A DNA stretch of 57,565 nucleotides, taken from Octopus bimaculoides (lineage: Eukaryota). The translations under genes were made by a program, and so were the position numbers. The notes beneath the pieces were generated by a model. The model was given only the letters and a program-made list of their open reading frames with translations. It searched no databases and was not told where the DNA came from. The stretch covers positions 94,205,929-94,263,493 of the forward strand of contig NC_068987.1 of assembly GCF_001194135.2 (NCBI RefSeq), given 5' to 3'. Shown here in pieces: positions 1 to 12,879 of this stretch. Within the stretch, counting starts at the first letter, position 1. Each line of letters begins with the position of its first letter.

Positions 1-635
1 TCATTGACTCCTAAATACTTATATGGTTGGCTTTCGTCTAGTTCTCTTATTTCATTGGCTTTATCTAGTGTTATATTGCTACTTTTAACTAATTTTCCTC
101 TTTTCAGGGTTGCTTTGGCACATTTTTCTAATCCGAATTTCATATCTATTTCCTTGGTAAAGCCGTGTACTGTCTGTAGTAGTGTTTCTAGCTCTTTGTC
201 GTTTTTAGCATATAATTTTAGGTCATCCATATATAGAAGGTGGCTGACTGTTTTTCCGTAGCATTTGTAACCGCATCCAGTTCTATTTAGCAATTTTGTT
301 AAAGGTGTGAATGCCAGACAGAACAGGAGTGGAGAGAGCGTGTCTCCCTGGAATATGCTTCTTCTAATGGGGATGGCTTTCTTTTTCACAAGTCCCTCTT
401 TTGTTTGGAGCTGTAGCACTGTCTGCCATTTGTTCATTGAGTGCTCTATGTATTTTATGATAATTGGTGCCACCTTGTTTATGGCTAGTGTTTCCAGAAT
501 CCACGTGTGGGGAACACTGTCGAAAGCCTTTTGGTAGTCCACCCAGGCCATACTGAGGCCTTTCTTCTTTCTGCGGCTGTCTTCAGTTATGGCTTTATTG
601 ATCAATAATTGATCTTTACAGCCGTATGAGCCCTT
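1..635 (-). mobile_element. 5'-truncated R4/Dong-clade non-LTR retrotransposon, reverse transcriptase core (frame open, runs off the window edge)
   Basis: My translation of 635->3 gives 211 codons with no stop: KGSYGCKDQLLINKAI...AWVDYQKAFDSVPHTW...IFQGDTLSPLLFCLAF...SHLLYMDDLKLYAK...MKFGLEKCA...PYKYLGVN. The DYxKAFDSV, QGDxLSP, YMDD and YKYLG motifs match R4-type RT. The frame starts abruptly at a (TAA)n tract. Confidence 0.9.
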
Positions 636-666
636 ATTATTATTATCATTATTATTATTATTATTA

Positions 667-728
<62 letters not shown>
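634..728. repeat. (TAT)n microsatellite with two CAT interruptions
   Basis: Read directly; reads (AAT)n on the minus strand and abuts the 5' end of the RT fragment. Confidence 0.95.
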
Positions 729-729
<1 letters not shown>

Positions 730-766
730 CTTCGTAACACAGTATAGATAAAAATGNNNNNNNNNN

Positions 767-1039
767 CCCTCTTTTGTTTGGAGCTGTAGCACTGTCTGCC
801 ATTTGTTCATTGAGTGCTCTATGTATTTTATGATAATTGGTGCCACCTTGTTTATGGCTAGTGTTTCCAGAATCCACGTGTGGGGAACACTGTCGAAAGC
901 CTTTTGGTAGTCCACCCAGGCCATACTGAGGCCTTTCTTCTTTCTGCGGCTGTCTTCAGTTATGGCTTTATTGATCAATAATTGATCTTTACAGCCGTAT
1001 GAGCCCTTATTATTATTATCATTATTATTATTATTATTA

Positions 1040-1105
<66 letters not shown>

Positions 1106-1132
1106 CTTCGTGACACAGTATAGATAAAAATG
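767..1132. other. Near-identical duplicate of 394-756 across a 10-N gap (probable assembly overlap or second haplotype)
   Basis: 767 onward repeats 394 onward at an offset of 373 nt. Differences I found: one extra TAT unit and gtAacac versus gtGacac. The copies are separated only by N757-766. Confidence 0.85.
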
Positions 1133-3600
1133 CACCGGCGTCTTTAGTCATATGTCAAGTTACAAGGACCTCAGACAGATACTGCTTTCCTTAAGATGTG
1201 CGCTGGGCCCAGTAAGTCTGCTTTTTGCAAGACATCAATCTTGCATGGGATTTCCAGTTGCCTTAAGAAGTCTTGAAGTTTCAATTGGATTGAGCCCAAC
1301 ACTCCGATCACCACTGGTATCACTTTTACATCATCCTCTCGCATTCCATACAGTCTTGCCATTTCCAATTTCAATTCGGAGTTCTTGGTGATTTATTCAA
1401 CCTCTTTCCTCACAAAATTCATGTCATTTGGTATGGCTACATCAATGACCTGACAGTATTTGTTTCTCTTATCTAATATGACAATATCCGGCCAACGATG
1501 TTCGATTAAACGATCCGTCTGGAAATCATAGTCCCAGAGTATTGTTACTTTTCCATCCTCCTGCATAAATTTACTTGGTACGTGTTCACACCAGTTCTCT
1601 GTTACTTCATATTGGTATTTACGGCATAAGAGCCAATGAAGATACACACACACTTTATCGTGGCGGCGCTTGTATTCTTTTTGTGCAAAGTTCTCACGTC
1701 CTGTGTTTTCCTTTCAAACTGTCCGTGCATTCTCATTTCAAGAAGGCCTTCATTTCTCTTCTCCTCAGCTATTTTGGTTAAACTCTTCCTTGCCGATTAT
1801 TTCATCTGTATTTACAACCATATCTTTCGCGGCATATTGCAGCAGGTCTTCAATATTTATCAAGTGTTCTCCTTTCACTCTTTATACAATGGTATAAACT
1901 AATTAGTCCTCTGCCACCATTCTGTTTACGTTTGCTTTAGGGTGTAGCGTCCCATGCAGCGTCATCAATTTCTCGTCCTTCTATCCAGTGTTGATATTTC
2001 CTTCGTAGTCCATTTGAGGATGGACGTACTATATCCGACCACCGCGACTGCCCAGATATTCATTGCGGTAATCAAATTTTTGGTATTGAGGTTGGATTTC
2101 AACACCATCTTCACCCTTTTTTGCTATGCCTCGCTGACCTTGACTTTCATTTCTCGGTGCAGAATGTCATCCAGCTCCAAAATCCCTAAAATATCTATGC
2201 CCACTACCGTCGGGTTCACCCATGGTCTCTCCCGGAACGGTCGTTTCCCACAATATTCCTATTTCTTTTATCTTTCGTTATAATGTTGTCCTCCCAATCA
2301 ACATCCATGCGGAGACTGTACCTTCCTGGACACACTCATTCAATTGGGCTGCTATTCTTTCATGCACCGCGTGGCATCCCTCAGCCAGAAGCCATGAATC
2401 TCATCTGGTCTGGGGGCTTTCCAGTTAGGCACTTTACCGACTTGTTCTTTCACATCACCCATGCCTATGACAATATTCCTTTGTTTCTTTCCTCCTTGTA
2501 ATTATGTCTTGATAGTTCCTATCCACATTACATCCCTTTTATGCCCCCATATTGTTTTTCCATACTCCGCTCCAGAACTCCTTGGTTTTATTTGCATCAG
2601 GAACAACATTTTCCACATTGTCTCCTTCCAACATTCGGAAGAATTGCTTCGGGTTATTTTTTCACAATCTGTTATCCTCGAACTGCTTATTTCTGTTCAC
2701 AATTCTTCTGATCCTCTGGCTTTTTGCAATGATCCTCTGTTTTAACTGCTCTATTACTGCATCAAACCCGTTCTTCCGTATTTTATATTTCTTCTCTGAT
2801 TTTTCTCAGTCGGTCTTTTTCCCAATTTTTCAATTTTCCTCTCAACCATTGCTCATTTTTGTCCTAGATCTTGCCTTGTCCGCATTATGTCCCTTTCAAT
2901 GCGTCGTTTACTCCATGGTTCATTTGCTCCACCAATTTTTTTGTTCTCTTACGTTGTAATTTCTCCTCAACAAGTAGTGCAATAGCTCGGAGAAGATACC
3001 TTGTTTGTGTTTTATCCTCCGTCTATATGTATGGTATGACAGTATTTATCTTTTGTGTTACTTTATTCATCATACTCCTATCTACCCTTCTCATATTCGT
3101 GGGGATTTTTTTCTTCCAGAACATTCATCAAGTCGGTGAGTCATCTTTCAATTTCAAGCAATTCATTATCTCGTTGGTTCATTTCCCCTGCATGTCCACC
3201 CGCCACAATAGCAGGGTTCACTGTATAACGTTCCTGTTCCTCATCCTTAACAGCCCCATCGCCATTTCCCTGTTCCTCCTGTCTACTCTCCTCCCTGCTT
3301 TCAACTCCTACCTTTCTGTTTTCAACTCCAACCATCCTCTAGAGCTCATCCGCAGGGTCTCTCAGACTCTCACTAATCCGAGATATTTCTACCACAGCTA
3401 AGTAGCCCTTCCTCCTAATCACTCTCACTTTGTTCATTAGTTTATTTTCTGACATTGGACACATGTCCTTTTCCATCCAAAATTTGAAGGTACGTCGGCC
3501 TCCGCAGTGACTTCTTTCCATTTTTGCTCTTTCATGACATTCAATAAGTGTATCGTACTCTTCCTTCGTACACTTATGTCTGTTTTTGCGCACACACCGC
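1105..3600 (-). mobile_element. Degenerate, internally deleted R4/Dong-clade LINE (N-terminal region, RT flanks, RLE domain, (AAT)n tail)
   Basis: Minus-strand remnants in order: RKNRHKCTKEEYDTLIEC (N-terminus); VPNWKAPRPDEIHGFWL and GRTTL..KDKRNRNIVGNDR (start of RT); YLGILELDDILHREMK..LKSNLNTKNLITA; MHGQF; AQKEYKRRHDKVCVYLHW..ILWDYDFQTDRLIEHRWPDIVILDK..VIDVAIP; KVIPVVIGVLGSI..LQKADLLGPAHILRKAVSV*. A short 3' UTR follows, then (AAT)n at 1104-1007. Many stops and frameshifts. The 5' boundary is approximate. Confidence 0.88.
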
Positions 3601-3834
3601 CATTAACACGTCAAATGTTTATATTTTACAGAGAAAGTTCTTTTTTTTTCCTCCAATGAAACACATTTGTTGTGATCCGTCCATAATTTATCCAAGCTGA
3701 TTCTATACATTGAAAGATTTTGTGAAATATCGAGATTAATGTTGGACGGAATTTGAGATTGTTAGAGAAATCTTTTCAGCAGACATAACAGACTCCGTGG
3801 AGTTGATGAGTGTACGAAGGAGCGAGCGTGCATG

Positions 3835-4018
3835 CATGACCTACTAAAAATAGCAACCAAATCGCCTTAAATTAACGCATCTTTAAAAAAAAGAAACAAA
3901 TGTTGAATAATGAAAGTTGTGACAAACTCGTAAAAACCACGGTCTGAAGCACTTCAAATATTGTGAACAAGAATAACAAAAACACCACCACCAACAGCAA
4001 CAACAACAACAACAACAT
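3835..4018 (+). repeat. Dispersed repeat family with core GACCTRCTAGAAATAGCARCCAAAT and a (CAA)n tail
   Basis: The core motif recurs in this window near 18060-18100 (minus), 26930-26960 (plus), 50295-50340 (minus) and 50525-50560 (plus). This copy ends in (CAA)n at about 3990-4016. Confidence 0.55.
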
Positions 4019-4619
4019 GACTTTCAGAAAATGCTACTAGACGACCAATGGCCTCGGGCCACGTTAACCTCTAACCCGAAAGCACAGTATACGGAAGTAG
4101 AAAATATTGAGGTTCCTACGAGTAAAGGAATGGCAACAACCAATTCTAAGTCAGAAAACACCCTAACATCTCGATCAAAACGGGTACATCCACCATTATA
4201 ACCTTCGGTAGACAATTATACGGAATGAACTTTTTATCCCAATTCTGCTAAATCAGCAACGTTTAACTGAAACATTAAACGTATGTCTACACATACTCTT
4301 GTGTGTGTCTATGTGCGTGTGTGTGAGTGTGTGTGAGAGAGAGAGAGAGAGAGAGTGTGTGTGTGTGTGAAAGTGTGTGTGTGTGCGTGCGTGCATATAT
4401 GTGTTCGTACGTGTTATTGTTTCTGTTAATGTGTTGCTGAATGCGCATGCGTGTATGCGTGTTGTTTCTACTGCAGAATCAGCAAGACAATTGATTTCGC
4501 AAAGAACAATATTAAGGGCCTTTTTTTTCCTGTCTTTTTGTCCATTGCTACTTAATTACATATTAGAAATTGGGTAGATTGGCACCCGAAATATTAACAC
4601 CAACTGCATGATTCAGCAT

Positions 4620-4696
4620 TGCATACATGTATACATATATACAGGCACACATATACACACACACGTATATACACACACACGTATATACACACACAG

Positions 4697-4762
<66 letters not shown>

Positions 4763-5332
4763 ATATATANNNNNNNNNNNNNNNNNNNNNNNNNNNNNNN
4801 NNNNNNNNNNNNNNNNNNNNNNNNNNNNNNNNNNNNNNNNNNNNNNNNNNNNNNNNNNNNNNNNNNNNNNNNNNNNNNNNNNNNNNNNNNNNNNNNNNNN
4901 NNNNNNNNNNNNNNNNNNNNNNNNNNNNNNNNNNNNNNNNNNNNNNNNNNNNNNNNNNNNNNNNNNNNNNNNNNNNNNNNNNNNNNNNNNNNNNNNNNNN
5001 NNNNNNNNNNNNNNNNNNNNNNNNNNNNNNNNNNNNNNNNNNNNNNNNNNNNNNNNNNNNNNNNNNNNNNNNNNNNNNNNNNNNNNNNNNNNNNNNNNNN
5101 NNNNNNNNNNNNNNNNNNNNNNNNNNNNNNNNNNNNNNNNNNNNNNNNNNNNNNNNNNNNNNNNNNNNNNNNNNNNNNNNNNNNNNNNNNNNNNNNNNNN
5201 NNNNNNNNNNNNNNNNNNNNNNNNNNNNNNNNNNNNNNNNNNNNNNNNNNNNNNNNNNNNNNNNNNNNNNNNNNNNNNNNNNNNNNNNNNNNNNNNNNNN
5301 NNNNNNNNNNNNNATATATATATATATATACA
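4620..5332. repeat. (CA)n/(TA)n compound microsatellite around an N gap
   Basis: Read directly; N4770-5313. Confidence 0.9.
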
Positions 5333-5989
5333 TGCTTATTATACAAAAGAAAGCACAAAAACATATTCGCCTGCTCTTTACATCACCAAAGAAAGCATTT
5401 TTTTTTCTTCTTCTTTTACCATCTATAACCTGCCGTGATCTGAATACTGAAAATGGCAGTTTCATACAAGTGAAAGTCTTTGGTTCGAGTGGAATCGGTA
5501 CATTACGATGATTATGAAGTTTTCATTGCGCCATTCTCCAACATTATCTCATTTGCGTAGTCTTTTCGCGTAGTTTTTCTTCAGCATTCTTCAGTTGATT
5601 GCTACAAATTTTTGTGGCAGTCTATGATTCCTACCAATTTCTTACTTGCTTTGCGTTTATCGATTTGTTATTGCAGACAGCTTTTCCAAGTTATTTTTAT
5701 CTTCTGTTTTCTTTGGTTTGTTTTGGTTCCATTTTATTATATAGTTTTATATATTTTTATATATATTCTTTATTTGTTTTACGTTTTCATCTTGCTTATT
5801 TATGTCTTAGCAAGTTCGTTTTCTTTTACTTACCTATTTATTCGTTTTCTTTAATCATTTTTAAATGTTTTTCTTTGGTGTGGCTGCTTTCATTCGTTTT
5901 TCCTTTAAAAATTTTTCTGTCGTTCTCTCAACGCGTTTTCTTTCTCCTGGTTTGAACTGTTGGATCGATAACGTGTGAGGCAGATTAGC

Positions 5990-6204
5990 ATATGTATATG
6001 CATACATACATATAGCAATGTGTGTGCGTGTGAACGTATGTGTATGTATGCATGCCTACGTGCGTGCACACTCACACGTACATACATAAATATACGTATA
6101 TATGCATTTATATATGTGTGTATATATGTATATATATATGTATGTATGTAATATAAATGCATATATATATATGTGTGTATATGTATATTTATGTACGTAT
6201 ATAT

Positions 6205-6265
<61 letters not shown>

Positions 6266-6330
6266 CATATATACATATATACACATATGTATGAATGCAT
6301 GTATGTTTGTATGTATGTATGCATGTATCT
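5990..6330. repeat. (TA)n/(TATG)n compound low-complexity tract
   Basis: Read directly. Confidence 0.9.
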
Positions 6331-7843
6331 ATAGCTAGACAATATTTATTGAAATTTTCAAATATAATGTATAGCTATTTAATGAACTTACAATCTTAGC
6401 CTCGCTGTAAAAAATAAACGCTGTGATACGCCACCTATTTTGTCTCCATGAGAATTAAAACGGGATCGATCGAACTAGTTTCTATTTTTTGTTGACTTCC
6501 ATCAGATAAAGTAGACAATTTTCTCTCCAGAGAGAAGCGTTTTGCTATTTGTGGTCTAAAGACGAGAAGTAACAAATTCGCAAATTCGCACGTACCAACA
6601 ACGTTTAATTATTTAATTATTTAATTCAGATTTTATTTAGATTTCGGGTTACCTAGAAACGTTCTACTGAACTTTGTAAATGTATTCACCTTTACAAATC
6701 AAGCACTATTATGCACAATTATGCAAATTAGGCCAACCAGTTTGTGCTGGAAATTATTATTTTTACAGCAAGACTGAAAAGTTCAGCGACCCATTCAGTA
6801 AGCAAGTTCTTTGTAAACCGAATTTTTCTCATAGATCTTTATACAAGAGGAGTTCAAGATGTCATGGATTGCTTTTGGACTATTAGAATAACAAACAAGA
6901 AATGGTTTTAGTCTCAAGTCTCCGGTGAGATTTTTCTCTTAACCATGTTACAAAATATATTTTTCACTTTTATGTCCTGCTGTTTTTTTTTTTTCATTTT
7001 ACATCTATTTTTAGGTAAATGTTTTTCAGGAAACACGCTTCTACACCATTCCATATTGGTCTCCACTAAGAAGTAGATTTCCAGGACATTTATCACTATT
7101 AATGAATACCTCTTCAGATGTAAAGAAAATCCCGATGTTACCAGGGTATCAGCGTTTATTTATTCCTCTATTAGTTGAATGCCATGGAGATTTGAAGGTC
7201 TTTTGAACCCATCTATGAAAATCGGCAAGCCTTTCAGTGACTTCAACATGAAACCTGCTTTAACAAATTCAATAAATTTCGCGCGATTTACGAGACAACG
7301 GATTGAACGTTGAGCGCCGTTGTAATAACCCACATATTCCATATTTTCACTGCTTTGAAATGCTCTGTTCATTTCGATTTTAGATGGACATAATTGTTTT
7401 CGCCTGAAGCTTTTTAAAGATGATAAAAAATTTCTTATGATTCCACAGCAACATCGTTCTCTTCTGTTCGCTTCTGCTATCTATAGTTATTTGCTCGAGA
7501 TCTGAGACTGCTTGACACTGAGATGCCATGATGGGGTAACAAGTGTACAGAATTAATACTGGTAAAAGAATTACTGCATTAACTAGGAAATTGCTATACA
7601 AGTGTTACAAAGAAGCAAGCAACAAAGAAAGTAAAATCAAACCAGTTGAGATGGTTCACTAGATTCTTTAGAATATTCTATGAAAGGAGGAAGAAATATA
7701 ACCCAAGACACAAGAAATAAGATCGTGTATTTTCCTTTTTGATTTTGCTGCGACACAAAATATAAGGTATTTCGTCCACAGTGAAAAATGATTTGGAAGT
7801 CTTGTGTGCGCGTGTATATAAATCTGTAGGTGAGTATTTGATT

Positions 7844-7903
<60 letters not shown>

Positions 7904-8020
7904 GGCTACACTTGACAGTTTGCATAAAAGGAAAAGAAAATACAATATTCCATCCAAGAAAATAAAAGTATTTTAAAACGTCAACCTAGACCAATTAGAT
8001 AACCGCTGGGTGATAAGAGC

Positions 8021-8630
8021 TTACTCAGAGTATCCGCCCTCACCTTTCACCCTGGCCTTCATACTGTTCCGGAATCTGGCGCATGGTTTCCTCACTGCGC
8101 AACAGAGTAGGTCTTGGAACACCTCCTTCATCTTGATCACTTTCATCACAGTCTTGATGTTGCAGACACAACGGTTGATTCTTTTCTCAACCATGCTTCA
8201 CACATAGTAATCCATGGGATCACAAGCGGGGGAATTAGAAGAGGGGGAAATTGAGGCGTGTAAGGTTATAGGAATTCTCCGACAGCCGCTTCTGGTTCTC
8301 TCCGGAAATACGGCAAAGAGTTGAATCCTTCTGCCACACATATGGTCTACATGTAGTAACGCTCCCCAGCCATGGATTAACGATAGCCTCTAGATTCTTA
8401 ACATTGCTATCGTAATTGAACCTAAGGCTATGTTCATTAATCGTTGTATGAAATGAATTCTGCCGTGTCAAGGGGCAGCCAGATCTGCTGTTATATCCCT
8501 TCCAGCTGGACACAGCTTCGTGGTCTCCATTATAGCTGTCCATGTAACGTCTTTCAGCGTTTATAGTGTTCACAGAGCATTGAGCAGCAGTCATAATGTC
8601 GGCAACATGATGTCCGATGCGAATCATCAT
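8021..8630 (-). mobile_element. Internally deleted Tc1/mariner transposase remnant, DD37D (maT-like)
   Basis: Minus strand: an N-terminal-like MMIRIGHHVADIMTAAQCSVNT segment joined to LRFN..VNPWLGSVTTCRPYVWQKDSTLC..NSPACDPMDYYV*SMVEK..ARFRNSMKARVKGEGGYSE*. Allowing one extra nucleotide, 37 residues separate the QKD and PMD aspartates. The region carrying the first catalytic D is absent. No TIRs found. Confidence 0.72.
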
Positions 8631-8852
8631 GATGTAGTTAACTCTTTTCCAATATTCAGATGCATTTGGTCTTCCATGTCAGCTTAAATTTTTGTTCACT
8701 CCAGTACCGTTGACTGTCCACCTCTACATCAAAATCTTCCTGAAAAATGTACATAAAATATCGTCAAATTTAGCCCTAGCACTGTCTTTTTCTTTCTCTT
8801 TCTCTTTCTCTCTCTCCCTCTCTTTCTCTCTTTCTCACTATCTATCTATTTA

Positions 8853-8887
<35 letters not shown>

Positions 8888-9439
8888 ATACGAATATTTA
8901 TAAATTTCTCGTAAGTGCTAAATATAGTATTGCCAAAGACTTCTTATTTTTGAGTAATAAGCATTTACCCATCAACCATAGGTATCGAAATTCATTTAAT
9001 ACAAAAGTCTTTCAGTGATTTACAGTTGTATGGTCTACTATTATTAACTAAAGCTAACTACGCATAAAAGACTATCTCTTTATAAAATATAAGAAGCGAA
9101 TGTATGTGAAGTAGATCTTGCTTTGGGAAGTCCAAATCTTAACAGTGTTCGTAAACTGTCTGTCGATATAAAAATAAATTTATGCAGTGATATTCCAATG
9201 AATATTCATCCTACAAAAATAAACAAAAGTGCAATACAACAAAATTTTTCAACAACGGACGCAGGCGTAGCTATGTGGTAGTGATGGTGGTGGTGGTAGC
9301 GGTGGTGGTGGTGGTGGTGGTGGTGGTAATGGTGGTGGTGGTGGCGGTGGTGGTGGTGGCTGGGGGAGAAGGACGTCCTTCACATGGCTGGACCATGAAC
9401 ATTGAGTGATAAAAACTCAGGCCCTTATGAAGCCTAGAA

Positions 9440-9740
9440 AAGATTTTTAAGAGGAAGAAAATGAAAACTATCCTCATTTTTCAAAACAATGTTTGACCAA
9501 ACACATCTTTGGCCACCATCAACCCTCCAGACCGGTTCTGACGCTGTCCTACCGCTTTCTTTTCAAACAAATGAAGGACAATCATCGTGGAACAACGATT
9601 TCATGACACAGACGAAGTAAATGCGCCAGGGAAGAGGTGACAGCAACAATGCATTTCTGTATGTTTTCTATGCTTTTCTAGAGAGGGACTCAGCAATGGG
9701 GCAAATGCATTGCAACCGTAAAAGACTTCGTTGAGTAATA
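9440..9740 (+). mobile_element. Degenerate mariner transposase C-terminal fragment
   Basis: Frameshifted pieces TILIFQNNV*PNTS (cf. LLHDNARPHT), MKDNHRGT-RFHDTDEVNA (cf. LRGRRF) and QQWGKCIATVKDFVE* (cf. RWxKCIxxxGDYxE*). Confidence 0.5.
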
Positions 9741-10114
9741 CTTTATGTATAGAGGAACAGTTACTCTGCCACCACTGAGTACAATTTCAGTGCCTTCTCT
9801 CAGAAATATAATTTTAGAAACGTTATACCTACTTTTATATCACTTGCGGTATAATTCTCCTATACACATATATATGTGCATACATACATACATACATATA
9901 TACATATACACACACACACATATACATATTTATAAATATATGTACATGTGTGTGCATGCGTGTGTGTGTGTGTGTGTGTGTGTATGTGCAGTTTTATGGC
10001 CGATCTCTTTCGTTCATCATACTTAATCCTTATCTTGTGACCTCACTAAGCTATTTATACCAAGACAAATATTCATCAAAGTCTGAACTCTTTCAGCGTG
10101 CGCAGTGCGATGGT

Positions 10115-10220
10115 GGAGGTGTTGTAGGTAGTAAGGCGGTGCTGTTGACGGGGAGGAAGTGTTTATCATGAGAGACTGAGACATTTTGTAACCAGCACCA
10201 CCAAGCATAATGTCATAACG
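10115..10220 (+). repeat. Unclassified dispersed repeat, copy 1 (copy 2 at 19421-19520)
   Basis: Shares agtgtttatcatgMgagactgaRacattttgtaaccagcaccaYcaaRcataatgtcataacg with 19421-19520. Confidence 0.8.
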
Positions 10221-10671
10221 CTGGGTCTTTCATTATTCCATTATTCTCAAGAGATTTACGACCGTCTTACTTGACCAGTGGATATATACTGGCGAAAGTC
10301 ACCAACCATCCAGCCAGCGAGCCAGACGACCAACCAGCCACACGTTTTACACTACCAACCGTTTACATCACCAGACACACTTCTATCCCCAACACCTTCT
10401 TTACTACCACCATCACATCCAGCATCAGCACAACCATAATCACCATTGATGGTGCACATAAAATAACAATAACGATGGTCATTTAGAGCGACTAACATAG
10501 GTTTATGTAGCAAACCGTTAAGAAAGAAAGAAAGGAAGGAGGGAAGGAAGGAAAGAAAGAAGAAAGAAAGAAAAGTGAACAATAAAAGATGTCTCCTAAT
10601 GTGAGTTTTTGAGTCATTTCCGGTTAAACTATCTCTTTCTATCCGTCCGCTTGTCTTCTCCAGCTTCTTTG

Positions 10672-10709
<38 letters not shown>

Positions 10710-11773
10710 CACACACACACGCACACACACAAATAAATATATGCATGTATGCATACATATACATATAGGTATACAAATATATATATATATATATATATAC
10801 ATATATATGCATGAATACGAGCGTGTGTATATATGTGTGTGTGTGTGTGCGCACGCGCGTGTGTGCATGTACATGCCTGTATGTATATATGTATNNNNNN
10901 NNNNNNNNNNNNNNNNNNNNNNNNNNNNNNNNNNNNNNNNNNNNNNNNNNNNNNNNNNNNNNNNNNNNNNNNNNNNNNNNNNNNNNNNNNNNNNNNNNNN
11001 NNNNNNNNNNNNNNNNNNNNNNNNNNNNNNNNNNNNNNNNNNNTATATATATGTATATACATATATGTATGTATGTATGTATGTATGTATATATATACAT
11101 ATATTTATATATGTGTGTATATATATATATATATACACGCTCGTGTATGTATATTATATTTATGTATATATGATTCATTTACCATTTAATCTCTCCCTCC
11201 CTGTCTAATTATGAATATATATGCCCATCCATCATCCATTTTCCATCTCTCAACCTTCTTGCCTCTCACTTTCTCTCTCTCACCCTTCTCTCTCTCTCAC
11301 CCTCTCTCTCTCTCACCCTCTCTCTCTCACCCTCTCTCTCTCTCTCACCCTCTCTCTCTCTTTCATCCTCTCTCTCTCTCATCCTCTCTCTCTTGACATC
11401 TGTGTATGTGTTGCTCTATCTTTCCTCCATTTTAATTCTTTCATTCCATTGTTTTTACTCTCCATTCCGTTCATTCTCATAAATCTTGTCTTTCTTAAAC
11501 TATTGCATTCTTCCAATCTATTTCCCATTCCTTACCTCGATCCCTCTTTACTCCATTTCGTTCACATCTCTTATTCTTCCTTCGTTTATTGTACAGCGTA
11601 TCCTTCCATTCTTTCCTGGTTCTTCATCTCTTTTTATTCTTTTACTAGTTTCAGGTCATCAGACTACAGCCAGGCTTGGATGCCACCTACTGGGCTTTCA
11701 CTGAACTACATTATCACCACTACTTTCTTTATTATGTACTTTGTCAATTATGTATAAGGCATTTCATTTCATT

Positions 11774-11835
<62 letters not shown>

Positions 11836-11891
11836 NNNNNNNNNNNNNNNNNNNNNNNNNNNNNNNNNNNNNNNNNNNNNNNNNNNNNNNN

Positions 11892-11960
<69 letters not shown>

Positions 11961-12879
11961 AGATATTGTTGTGCATTATGCATACGACACAAAAAATAGG
12001 TGCAGAACAACCGAAGCGAAGAAGTTTTATTAATATATGTATAATACATAAAAATGAGTGAATTATTGATAGGATGTGACCTACTTCGATTTTCAAGGGA
12101 CTAAATATGAAATCTTGAAATACATACAACGTTATAAATGTCTTATATTTATTTGGTGTTGTTTTAATTGTTTTGTCGTACTTTGTTTCCCTGAAGCAAA
12201 ACGCCTTAAAACGTAGTGTATAGTAAAATAAGTATCGCTATTATTTCTCTCTTGTTCCATTGATGATTGTGTGTGCAGCACATGAAACTTTTACAAGTCA
12301 AAGAGTCTTAAGCGTACATTAATTTTCATATCTGTAGAGAAAGCTCCTGATTTCCCCTTCTGCTTAGATATTTAGCTGCTCACATGTTTTCATTTGCTCC
12401 ATTGAGCACTATCGAACCACTGATATTTAAATAGATAGAGCAATCTTTATATTTCAAGTTTTAATTTGATGTTTTAAATATGTATCTATATATAGATATT
12501 AGACATATATACATGTTTGTATTTACGTACATTTGCTTATATGAAATATATATATATTATGTATGTAGAGTGATTGATTGATTGATTGATTGACTGACTG
12601 ATTGATTTAGTCCTGTTAGGGACCTATACTCCTCTGCACAGACGGGCCAAAATGGTTACCTCCAGCAGGAGGTGCACAAAGAGCTTACTACACATGCAGA
12701 CACATGCGTTCCTTCATTGGGAGTTTTGCTTTCTTCAGCAATGGCTATGTAACACATAATAGCAATGTTAATATAGATGTTAAAAATCATGTTTGAAGCT
12801 TTTTCAAGCGAGTAAAGGCATTGCACAGGGTCACTTTCGTTCTGTAAGCAACGTGTGCATTTCCCCCCACCCCAAATAT

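Noticed and set aside
724-1116. 130-aa ORF with poly-N followed by RT motifs
   Set aside because: A chimera of an (AAT)n tract, the duplicated RT segment and the N gap; not a gene.
4022-4200. 57-codon frame KMLLDDQWPRATLTSNPKAQY, also open on the opposite strand
   Set aside because: Short, weak splice signals and no recognisable homology; compatible with chance.
4594-5511. Long ORFs spanning N gaps and (TA)/(CA) repeats (also 10352-11208, 20902-21667, 24778-25782, 30476-31529, 39322-39999, 45158-46210, 47588-48386, 50864-51622)
   Set aside because: They are open only because N codons and dinucleotide repeats lack stops; no coding evidence.
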